DNA of 63,157 nucleotides, counting the filler, from Stramenopiles sp. TOSAG23-2 (taxonomy: Eukaryota), in assembly GCA_900128395.1 (NCBI GenBank). It is 5 parts of 5 records of this genome, joined end to end, with 100 filler letters (N's around TTAATTAATTAA, not from the genome) between each part and the next. Parts side by side here need not be neighbours in the genome. Positions count along the whole stretch, not along the records: positions 1 to 28,997 come from LT649393.1; positions 29,098 to 58,037 come from LT649394.1; 3 more parts are not named here. The stretch is one strand, 5' to 3'. The notes under the pieces are model-generated. The model was given only the letters and a program-made list of their open reading frames with translations, was not told where the DNA came from and ran no database searches. The position numbers and the translations under genes were made by a program. Within the stretch, counting starts at the first letter, position 1, and the number at the start of each line of letters is the position of its first letter. Of this stretch, positions 24,077-34,039 are shown in pieces.

Positions 24077-24512
24077 AGAAATGATTAAACCCTAAATTCT
24101 AACCACATCTCTCGCATAATAACTCATATTTGTCTATTTTTATAACACACATCTCCCAGACACACATCGATCAAAAGTTATAACGATTTACTATGGGGAA
24201 AATAACAAATGTACACATTTATACAATTATAATACATATATACACGGACGATCGAAGCAGATATACATATACGTAGAAACAAAAACAAAAAGAACCAAAG
24301 CAAAACCAGGGAGAAAGAATAATATATATATATATATATATATATCATATCCTTTCTAAAAATAAGTTACTCGTAGAGTATTCACGCTCTAAAATATTTT
24401 TTTGTATGTGCATACAATTTGAACTCCATAATAATATTTACGTATACGAGTACAAAAGTGCAAGTAAAAATAAATGGTTGAAAATATATTATATATATAA
24501 TATAAATGATAC

Positions 24513-24594
24513 GGTTAAAATCTAAGTTTATAGTAAGAGTTTATAATAATTTTAAGTTCCCGTGCGGTAAATACTACGCTCAAAATACTCAATC
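24513..24594 (+). repeat. Dispersed conserved non-coding element, copy A
   Basis: GGTTAAAATCTAA...TTATAATAATTTTA...TTCCCGTG...AAATA...GCTCAAAATACTCAATC; colinear match to 50863-50934. Confidence 0.7.
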
Positions 24595-24796
24595 ATACGA
24601 ACGTACGAAGATGGAGAGGACAGGGAGGGAAGCAAATGCGGAAGCTATTGAAATGCTTCAACGCAATGAATTTAATATGCAATAATATTTTTGTGAAGGG
24701 AGAGCATGCTTCTCTAGTTGTACATTAAACGAAACAAAATATCTTACACATTGATATATAATACTCTAGAAAATATGTTCTATCGCTATGTTGTTT

Positions 24797-25456
24797 TTAA
24801 AAATTATCCATCATATACATTCCTTGTACATAATCAGAATTGATATCGCAACATGGACATCCAATCTCATGTGTCAATTCTAATATTGTTGAATTGTTAC
24901 TATCATTATTAGTATTACTATCAATTGTTGGTGTTTGATCATTGTTGCCGTTGTTAGTTGTATCGTTTTCTTTTATTAAATGGATATTATCTTGATCATC
25001 TTCTGTGGAAAAGTTTTTATTATTTAAGATATTCAAAATATCATCTAATATAACCTCTTTCAATGGCTTAAATATTTTAAAGATATAATTATTATTCTTT
25101 TTGTTTCTATTATGCATATTATTATTATTATTATTATTATCATGAACATTTACTTTATCATTATTAGGAATCGATAATACAATAACCGTTTCTATTGGGA
25201 CACATCCAGGCTTTAAACATTGTACTTCTTGTATCATAATATTATCATAAATAACATCTTTGCTATTCTCTACGATCCATTTTTCTATACATTTAATATA
25301 TTCTAAATTATTTGTTTTATTAATATTTTTTCTTACAAGATTGGTATTATTATTATTATTTTTTTTTACATCATTTTCTTTTTTTTTAATTACAGGTGGA
25401 CAAAATTCTTTTCGATTGGTTTCTAATAATGTTTTCCCAGCAAAATTGAAATTCAT
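24797..25456 (-). CDS. Putative metal-binding protein (ExxCxxPGCxPxETVI motif, C-terminal CPCCD)
   Basis: Motifs IQEVQCLKPGCVPIETVI, KIFKPL and HEIGCPCCD. Confidence 0.7.
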   Translation of the reverse strand: MNFNFAGKTLLETNRKEFCPPVIKKKENDVKKNNNNNTNLVRKNINKTNNLEYIKCIEKWIVENSKDVIYDNIMIQEVQCLKPGCVPIETVIVLSIPNNDKVNVHDNNNNNNNMHNRNKKNNNYIFKIFKPLKEVILDDILNILNNKNFSTEDDQDNIHLIKENDTTNNGNNDQTPTIDSNTNNDSNNSTILELTHEIGCPCCDINSDYVQGMYMMDNF

Positions 25457-25752
25457 TGCTACTATTATTTAATTTATATTGTTACATCTATTATTTACAT
25501 TTGATTTATATATTTATCTTATTTTTTCATGTTGAAGTTATTGTACTTGTAATTATATATATCAATCATCATAAAATAATAAATAAATAAATTCAACGTT
25601 TGTAAATTCAAAATAATTATTCAATTCCCGTTATTATCAACAAGGCATACATACAACAAATAGATAATCGTATTATAATAAAGAAAAGACGCCTGATGGA
25701 AAAGAAAAAAAAATACTGATAATAACAAAAAAACACCCAATAGTACATCAAC

Positions 25753-26442
25753 ATGTTATCTCCAAGAGTACATAATTTTATATCATATGCAGGCGCAATC
25801 GGTTGTTATATTTATTTTTTAAAAGATAGAAATAATGTTATATCACAAATAATATCAAACGATATAAATAATTATAATATTTATCATTTTGCTAGTTTGC
25901 TATGGGTATTACATTTCACTAGGCGCTGTCTTGAAACTATTTTTGTTTTTAACTTTTCGGATAAATCAGTGCCAATAGATGATAGTATTACAGAATTCAT
26001 TTACTATTGGGCGTTTGCTAGTTGGATTGCATATAGTTTACCAGTATTTGATGATGCATCTGTTGTTAATATGTATGGTGTAGGACTTTGGTTTTTTGCA
26101 GAGATGTTGAATTGCTATTGCCACTTCAAATTAGCTGCTGCAAATAGTAATAGAAAAGAAAAGAAACAAAAACGACGACGTCTTGTTGGATTTCCATTAT
26201 TTTCTACTGTAACAATGCCACATTATTTATTTGAAATCACATCATGGATGGGATTTAATGTATTATTGGAATGGAAAAGTTTACCAAGTATTTTATTTAT
26301 GTTGGTTGGTGCATTTATAATGACATGTTGGGCAATTGATCGACATGAAAGTTATAAAATAAAATCAATCAAACATACACCAATATTCCCTTACATTGAT
26401 ATCAGGCCACCAGAAACACTTGTAAAAGCATTGGCGAAGTAA
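25753..26442 (+). CDS. Steroid 5-alpha-reductase / trans-2-enoyl-CoA reductase family membrane protein
   Basis: WVLHFTRRCLETIFV, YYW, NCYCHFKL, PHYLFEITSW, WAIDRH motifs; multi-TM. Confidence 0.85.
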   Translation: MLSPRVHNFISYAGAIGCYIYFLKDRNNVISQIISNDINNYNIYHFASLLWVLHFTRRCLETIFVFNFSDKSVPIDDSITEFIYYWAFASWIAYSLPVFDDASVVNMYGVGLWFFAEMLNCYCHFKLAAANSNRKEKKQKRRRLVGFPLFSTVTMPHYLFEITSWMGFNVLLEWKSLPSILFMLVGAFIMTCWAIDRHESYKIKSIKHTPIFPYIDIRPPETLVKALAK

Positions 26443-26575
26443 AATTTCATTGTTTTACCGCCAAGAACTATTTTATAATAAAAGAAGGGAGAGCGTCTTA
26501 ATAATTTCTTACAATAATTTTACATTTTTAATTTAATCTTTAGATCACTCCTGTATCCCCTCTCTGTATGCATCT

Positions 26576-28069
26576 CTATTCTTGGATTTTCTTCCCACTT
26601 TCTCTTTCCCCCGCTCGCCGTAACAAAAACCTCCTACGATCATCCGCCACATCAGTCGTCATTTCAATTGGTGCTTGTGAATCTGCACTCCATTCCCACC
26701 AACTACCATCATAATTTTTAACATTTAAATAACCACAACTACTCATGGTTGACCAAACGAAACTACTTCGAATACCACCTAAACAATATGAAATGATATA
26801 TATCCCTGCACTATTAGCAATATCTTTTGCTGACGTTGGAATGCCTAATGCACCCCATTCGCTTTTTAATGTTTCACATGTTTTCATAGTTGAACTACCA
26901 TCAACAAATACATTTTTCCAATGCCAATGCTTACTTTTTGGTAAATGCCCAACACGAGATGTACCATAATCTTTTTTACCATCATATTCTTCTTTATCTC
27001 TAACATCTATTAAATATAATGCTATATCTTTATTTTTATGTTGAACATCAACAGGATTAGTCACCAATCCAAGTAATTCACCTTTTTTAACACGAATATT
27101 TTCAACAGGTTCAACAACGACAGTAGAAGGTGTAATACCGGAACAACATGTCTTTGGTTTTTGTGGTTGAACCCACGTTTGTGCATTTGCTGCTCGAAAT
27201 CCACCATATAATATGTACGACTTTGTTATATTCATGTATTGCAAATTCCAATATACACGACCTTCCTCACCCCATGCATGATTCCAATCACCATAGACTA
27301 TTGTTGTATATGTTTTATCAATACCAAGTTGTTGAAATTTAGTTTGTATTACATTATCAGCACTTAATAATCCACTTTCTGGATCATCAGTAAACATTGT
27401 CCAAGGTGTATGTATTGAATTTGGTATGGACGCGTCACTAACTTTATTTCGACAATCTAAAATAGTAACATATTTTAACTTTCTAGCATCTTCAATTGAT
27501 ATAAAAACTTGTTTCCCTGCATCTGTAGGCATTGTAATGTAACGGGGCTCAATATAATAGTAATATACAACGGGTACCAAGACAGCTAAAATTAAACAAA
27601 AACAAAATCCACAAATTTTACATAAAAATTTTCTACGTTGTCGAGCCTTTTCACGTATTAATAATTCCTCGGGTGATAGCTCAGCGAGTTTCAATTTTCC
27701 TTTTTTTTCCCGTTTTGCCCTTTTCTTCTCTTCCTCTCTTTCTATACGAGCCCTTTCCTGTTCTTCTATTTGTGATGGTGTCATCGACCAGTCCGACACA
27801 GATTTATCATCATCATCTATTACATATTCACTTACATTATCATCATCACCATCGTTGTCTTCTTGGTGCAATGCTTTTAAATTTTCTTCGTTTAATTTTT
27901 TTTGTGAATCTGATAATTTAACAATACCTAACTCTATATGTTCCACGCCATTTGTACTTGTTTCTCCTATATGTTTTTTCTTCTTCTTTTTAAACATTGC
28001 GTGTACTTTATCAAAACAAAAATCTATCTCTATATTGTTATTACTTATTACATGATGATGTGTCAACAA
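26576..28069 (-). CDS. Membrane-anchored tandem-rhodanese sulfurtransferase (3-MST/TST-like); start may be Met at 27997
   Basis: ILDCR..IPNS, GRVYW, LYGG, LIDVR..EY.G, GHLP, active loop YCLGGIRSS, NYDGSWWEW; TM segment before the catalytic domains. Confidence 0.88.
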   Translation of the reverse strand: MLTHHHVISNNNIEIDFCFDKVHAMFKKKKKKHIGETSTNGVEHIELGIVKLSDSQKKLNEENLKALHQEDNDGDDDNVSEYVIDDDDKSVSDWSMTPSQIEEQERARIEREEEKKRAKREKKGKLKLAELSPEELLIREKARQRRKFLCKICGFCFCLILAVLVPVVYYYYIEPRYITMPTDAGKQVFISIEDARKLKYVTILDCRNKVSDASIPNSIHTPWTMFTDDPESGLLSADNVIQTKFQQLGIDKTYTTIVYGDWNHAWGEEGRVYWNLQYMNITKSYILYGGFRAANAQTWVQPQKPKTCCSGITPSTVVVEPVENIRVKKGELLGLVTNPVDVQHKNKDIALYLIDVRDKEEYDGKKDYGTSRVGHLPKSKHWHWKNVFVDGSSTMKTCETLKSEWGALGIPTSAKDIANSAGIYIISYCLGGIRSSFVWSTMSSCGYLNVKNYDGSWWEWSADSQAPIEMTTDVADDRRRFLLRRAGERESGKKIQE

Positions 28070-28161
28070 GAAGCAGTAGACGAAAAAAACAATTTTCTAC
28101 TTTTTTTATTTTTATTATTAATATATAAATATTTTTTGTTCTAATTTGAGCATTTGATAAT

Positions 28162-28997
28162 CAGGGTTGGCACCGACATGTCGGGAACTTTTTTAAGGTT
28201 TTCCTAATGATATGTTAGGCCTAAAAAATAAAACAGAGGACTATTGTGACACGAAAATGGAATTTTTACCTCTTCCCGACATAAGTGCTGTGTGCCCTGT
28301 AAATTATTTGCGGTACCATGTCGGGAAGTTTAAATAGGCCTGTGTAATGCTAGCGTACCGCAAAATGATTTTGATTTTGCGGTATGACTTTTGCGGTATG
28401 ACTTTTTGCGGTATGAATGCTATGTCCATAGTATAATGCTGTGTCACTGTTATAATGGTATCTCCATGTTAGGGTTTTTTTTGTTCCGATTTTCCCTATG
28501 ATAAAGAACTCTTAGACATGTTATTGGTACATAAAAAGTTAGACCAATATCATACTCTCCTTAAATCCTAAAATTAATTCTTATGCTATTCCTATATGTA
28601 AAGTACAGCCTACTTATTATCAACCAATTTTTCATCCACTTTTTTCCAGATTTTTCGTTTACAAGTGTTTTTTTCTAAAATATGGATACACCACAACCAA
28701 GAAAGTGTATTTTAGTAAAATTAACTACCCCAACTCCCTCTACAAAAAACTAATCTGTAAAATCCTTAGGTGAAAACACCTCTTTTTCGTGTCGGGAACG
28801 TTACCGACATGTCGGGAACGCATGTCGGGAACTTTAAGGATACCGCAAAATGAAATAGCATGAAATAGCATGGGTGCCGCAAAAGTTACCGACATGTCGG
28901 GAAGTTACCGACATGAGAATAGGTAGAGAATAGCATTAGAGAGATTTTGTGCTTCCCGACATGAGACGATTTTATCATTTTGCGGTTTGGGCTTTTT
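28162..28997 (+). mobile_element. Motif-array repeat, probable terminus of a DNA transposon or MITE (hAT-like), cut by contig end
   Basis: Begins CAGGGTTGGCA; about 9 CCGACA/TGTCGGGAA sites including 3 full CCGACATGTCGG palindromes, about 8 TACCGCAAAA/TTTTGCGGTA sites in both orientations; no ORF. Confidence 0.5.
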
Positions 28998-29097
28998 NNN
29001 NNNNNNNNNNNNNNNNNNNNNNNNNNNNNNNNNNNNNNNNNTTAATTAATTAANNNNNNNNNNNNNNNNNNNNNNNNNNNNNNNNNNNNNNNNNNNN
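28998..29097. other. Artificial contig linker
   Basis: N44-TTAATTAATTAA-N44, stops in all six frames. Confidence 0.98.
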
Positions 29098-32000
29098 TAA
29101 TTCTTTATCTCTACGTCTTTTTTGCTCAGCTAATTCCTTATTCTTCTCCTCGATAGCTTTTTGTTTACGACTTTGTCTCATATTAACTACTGTTGCCCTT
29201 CTCATTCTGATTTCTGCACCAAATATTGGATGTTCCGTCGGATCGAAAGATACGTATAACTTTGGGTTGATTACAAAATCAGAATCAAATGCTTCCAGTG
29301 CCGTCCTTTGCATTTCCTGTAAATTTGCTTCAAAATCAATATCCGTTGGTCTATCTTCATAATTATCCAAATCATCATATTTTGAATGATTATCATCAAC
29401 TGGCGCGACAATATTTGTTGTCCGTTGCAAACAACGCTTAATGCACGGGGTTACAGTCGAGGCAAATAATATTAACCCGGTGCTGCCTAAAAATCCGAGT
29501 ATTGGAATAACGTACACACCGACAGATGGTTTGCTGTTCCCATTATCTTCAATTTGAGACGTATCTGCACCTTCACACATTGCCCATGATATTAAAAAAT
29601 GGAATATACTACATATTTTTAAACATGATAAATTCCAATGAACACTTGCCCCATCGCGCCACAAAGGTATGCGCGCATGATAAAACAATATATAGCGTAT
29701 TGCAATCTGTTTGAAACAAATACCAATCCATACAATACCAACAGTTACTGGCATACCAAGGCAAAATAATATTGCAAGAGAAGGGGCCACCATAGCCCGT
29801 GAGTGTTCTAAGCACACGTCTAATTTCATACCATTATGTGCACGGTTCAATTGTGCTTGGGACACTGCCCAGTATAACACTTTTTGCCTCCAATGCATTC
29901 GAACCATGGCAATGATGAACAAAAGTAAAGGTTCGCATACTGCATCTAAGCATAAATATAAATGCAAAATTTCTCCACCTCCACGGATATCATACCAAGA
30001 GCGTGGAAATACCCTGTTGAACGTTGCAATTCCACCATCCCGAGAACTGTAAATAGCACTGTACATTGTCATATACAACACATTAAAAAGCATCCCTATA
30101 TAAGTTAATTTACAGGTAGCGTCGTTTGTATCAGTTTGTAAATATTTACGTTCACGCTTGATAATTTTTCGAATTAAAAATGCAAGTATGACATTGGATA
30201 TATACAGCAAAATTGCACTCGCCCATGGATCCCGTTTTAAATTTGTGTTTGCATAAATGGCGCAAGTTGAAAATGTAATTACGCAAATGACCATGAAACA
30301 AAGTAACCGAAAGAAATAACGACCACATTCACGAACTGCGATATTATGATGAAGTATATTTGATGGATATAAGCCTGGATGAGCAGTTACAACACCACGA
30401 TTTCCCAATCCTCGCATAGTGAATCCATTCATCGCAAATAGCGAACCAATCCAACCACCCCAACCAAACTTTCGCATTTGCACTAGTGCATGGTCCCGAT
30501 CTTTTTTACTTTTAAACCATACGAATGCATTTACATTTTTTGGAGGGTTTTCAACTAACTTTTCTAAATTTTTTTCAATAAATTTCAACCTGTTTTGGTG
30601 CGTTGGTATGTGCATTTCTCCCCACTCTTGCTCTGATATACAATCACCAGAACATTGTGCTTTTCGATCACCAAACTCAGCTTTAGCTTCGCATAAATGT
30701 AAATTGGTAACCGTATCTCGGCGTTCGTATAAGAGTGATAACATTTTACTGTCTAAATCTGTAACAAATTCAATTTTATCAACTGCGCCGAAACTACCAA
30801 AATGCACACGTGCTTCTCGTTCAGATGTCATAGCTGACAAGCCGCTAACTAACATAGTTCGCTCTGCAATCACTGTGATTGGATCTCCTATATGATGTGA
30901 AAATACATATAGTTTTGTACGTGTCCATATAAAACCTAATATTAAGATACCGATGATTACTCCATCAACAAAAACGGCAAATGCTTTTTTTTCAACGTTG
31001 CAAGTTGATGTACCACAATTACCCATGGTGGTTGTAACAAAATATGGTGCAGGATCTGTGACGGGCCTCCTACCTCGCATATGTGTAAACAAAGTGAATA
31101 AATTTCCCATCACTAAAAGTACAAAAAACATGTTTAAGTAACCAAAATTCAAAAGAGCCATGCCAACACCAGCACCAAAATTGTGGCCACATTCCGTAAC
31201 TGAGGAACCCAATAAACTTGGAGAAATGTGTCCAAATTTAGTCCTTGCTAAATTTAATTTTAAATGTTCAAGTGCTTTATCATAATCTATATCCGGTCCA
31301 TACGGTTCATACTCTTCATCATCCGAATCATCCGGGTGTCCAGTACCTCGACGCATATACATCTCCTCCCTGCCATACATTTCATTATCGGAATCGGAGG
31401 AATCTTCATCATCAGGTAAAAGCTTTTTTACATCGCTAAAACATTGTGGGCAGTTTACCCCTCTTCCTTCATTTACATATTCTTCATAACATCCAACACA
31501 TATAGAACGATGTCCACATGGTTTTAAACGTCCAGTTACTTTCCCAGTCATACAAACAGCACAATGAAAACCAGGTTTCCATTCTACATGTTTTTTAACT
31601 CTAGCCCAGCCTTTTGGTTTATCTCTAACAATACCCTCGCGCTCATCTTGCATACGTTTATATTCTTCCATATTACGCTCAGCAATTGTATAGACAGAAA
31701 ATTTATTTGCTTTTTGTGCAGCTATTCTATCTTGGCGTGAGTTATTGTTATTGTTGATATTATTATTATTATTATTATTATTATTACTGTTATCAACCAC
31801 TTTTTTTGTATGCATATTAAATACAGAAGGTGCTCCTGGAACTCGTCGTTTTGGTTGTTGCGCACGTTGTGCTAAAGATCCTAATGTTTTCCGTAATATT
31901 GGATTTTTATTTATACTATTTGCATTCAGATTTTCAATGTTATTTGGTATTGTAATATTTCCTTGTTGGTTTGAATTATTTAAAGAAATTATATTTTTTT

Positions 32001-32202
32001 TTACAGGTGGTGCACCAGGTACACGTCGTTTAGGTGGTGCACCAGGCACACGTCTCGGTACATTTGCTATGCTTTGATTATTATTATTTTGAATTGCTTG
32101 CGCTAATGGTTGCTGTTGCGATATTGAATATCCACCATTATTGTTATTATTATTATTATCATTATTACGCAAAGTTATTCCACCAGTTTCATAACTTAAC
32201 AT
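29098..32202 (-). CDS. RING-finger plus OSCA/TMEM63(CSC1)-like multi-pass channel protein, 3'-truncated at contig end
   Basis: RING-HC CAVC..PCGH..CVGC..CPQC; TMs; RRM-like cytosolic loop (TMLVSGL..HFGSFG, NAFVWF); PSNILHHN resembles the PxDIxWxN motif; further TMs. Confidence 0.75.
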
Positions 32203-32594
32203 ATTATTACAAGAAATTAATATTATGTGCTATTCTTTCTTTATTTTATCTTTTTCCTATTATTTTATATGTACATGATTTCCCTTACTTTCCAATTCTA
32301 TTTTCCTATTTGCCATTCAAATGCGTATTACATTCTTTTTGATTATGTGATTAGTGACATTTGCAAATTTAATCATACAAGACACTATACTTATAGGGAT
32401 GTTAATATGTGTATATTTATTTTAGTGAATAATTTAGTCGTCTTCAGTCTTCTAAAATTATTATTGTAGGTAACGTTTCTTTGTTTAGCAACTTTAACCA
32501 ATAAGCACAGGTATGAAATTTAGATTGTGTCATTGTGTCTGAGTCTCATCATTATAGTTACAGTAAGGTATTTTAGTCAGGTAAACAGCATTAC

Positions 32595-32858
32595 GAGGAG
32601 AAGAATAAGGAATTAGCTGAGCAAAAAAGACGTAGAGATAAAGAATTATTAGCGAAACAAAAATTAAGAGCAGAAGAAGCAAAAGCTAGATTGCATGATT
32701 ATGTGGAGTCTATGGCAAGAAAAAAAGAGAATGATGCTGAGAAAATGAGAAAAAGAGCAGAAGCTAAAAAAAAACGAAGAAAACAACAGAAAACAAAACG
32801 TACCCGTGCAAAACGGTTATACGATATGAATCGTTCAGGACAAAATTTTATTGTCTAG
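32595..32858 (+). CDS. Displaced, inverted 3' end of the RING-OSCA-like gene
   Basis: Reads EEKNKELAEQKRRRDKELLAKQKLRAEEAK...RSGQNFIV*; 32594-32648 is the exact reverse complement of 29098-29152. Confidence 0.85.
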   Translation, partial: EEKNKELAEQKRRRDKELLAKQKLRAEEAKARLHDYVESMARKKENDAEKMRKRAEAKKKRRKQQKTKRTRAKRLYDMNRSGQNFIV

Positions 32859-33080
32859 GTTTGTAGTAGTTTGTACACATGCGTGAATAATATATATGAT
32901 ATATATAATAAGTTTTTTTTTATTTTTACTTATATTCTCACATACGAAACTCATATTATAAAAATGATACGCGTATGATATTATCTATACTAACACACAC
33001 CACAAGATTATAAATGGTTTTTTGAGCTTTTTCCTCCTCCTTCTCCCATCTTATTTGTCTCCATAGTATACATGTGTATG

Positions 33081-33120
<40 letters not shown>

Positions 33121-33211
33121 TATTATTGCTTCACATTATCTATATTTATATTTATACATATGCAGTATAAATATTAAACAATCTAAGAGCGTTTTCATCC
33201 TATACATAAAC

Positions 33212-33556
33212 TTAACAGAATGCAACACCACTTGATCGTTTCTGTGCATCACGTTTTTGCCTTAAGTTCATACTCATGGTTGCCTCAACAAATCCATCAA
33301 TATTTAACAAACCTTCTGCATCAGCATATCTACTAAATAATGCTTCAATGTTCTGTTGAACACCAACGAAGTTTAACTCCACCATCCCACACATGAATGA
33401 TTCCATATCCATATTTGGCGCACCATCAACATATTTACCAAGCAATCTACTTAAAGTAAACTTTTGTTTGCTCAAGTCAGCAAATGAGGTCATAGTTTCA
33501 ATTCGTTTCCTCAATAATTCCTCAACCGTGTCAATTTTTTCTTCCTCGGCAGACAT
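33212..33556 (-). CDS. Small degenerate EF-hand protein
   Basis: 114 aa; IEALFSRYADAEGLLNIDGFV helix-loop-helix pattern. Confidence 0.65.
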   Translation of the reverse strand: MSAEEEKIDTVEELLRKRIETMTSFADLSKQKFTLSRLLGKYVDGAPNMDMESFMCGMVELNFVGVQQNIEALFSRYADAEGLLNIDGFVEATMSMNLRQKRDAQKRSSGVAFC

Positions 33557-34039
33557 TATGTAATATGTAATAAATCAATTTAATTGATTAAAATGTAAAA
33601 TGTATAATAAATTTTTTAACAGATTCTCTTAATATTTCAGTTTGCTCTATATAATTGTTTGTTTAAAATATTTCTGTGTATCTGATATCTATATCTATAT
33701 CTATAATTTAATAATCTTAATATTAATCTATAATATTAATACTGTGATGATTATATGTGTTTGCCCATTATTACAGTATTATGAACTAACAACCGTATAA
33801 TCGGTAATATCGAGTTGGCTTAGACTTCTAAGTATACAACAAAGTATTGTACGTGCGCACGTACCCTATGAAGCAAATCTCCGGGGTGAAGGAGTTGGAG
33901 TTGTGGGTTTAGGTTGTGGAGTACGGAATTATTATACTACTATTATACCGCTATTTAAAAAAACTCCCACCACAGCCAAAACTCTAACTCTCTTATTATA
34001 CTCTGACATCTTTATACATAGTGGAATAAGCCTTTTCAT

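Noticed and set aside
24088..24097. Telomere-like AAACCCTAAA (and TTAGGGTTT at 28469)
   Set aside because: Single units, not tandem arrays; insufficient to call a telomere or telomerase template.
28789..28965. CRISPR-like array of palindromic repeats
   Set aside because: Repeats are at most about 15 bp, irregularly spaced, in both orientations, with no unique 30-40-bp spacers and no cas genes; eukaryotic context.
28998..29097. Repeated TTAATTAATTAA palindrome inside N runs (four copies)
   Set aside because: Artificial six-frame-stop linker; adjacency across it has no biological meaning.
33070..33122. (TA)n and (CA)n microsatellites
   Set aside because: Ordinary simple repeats common in UTR and intergenic DNA of this window.
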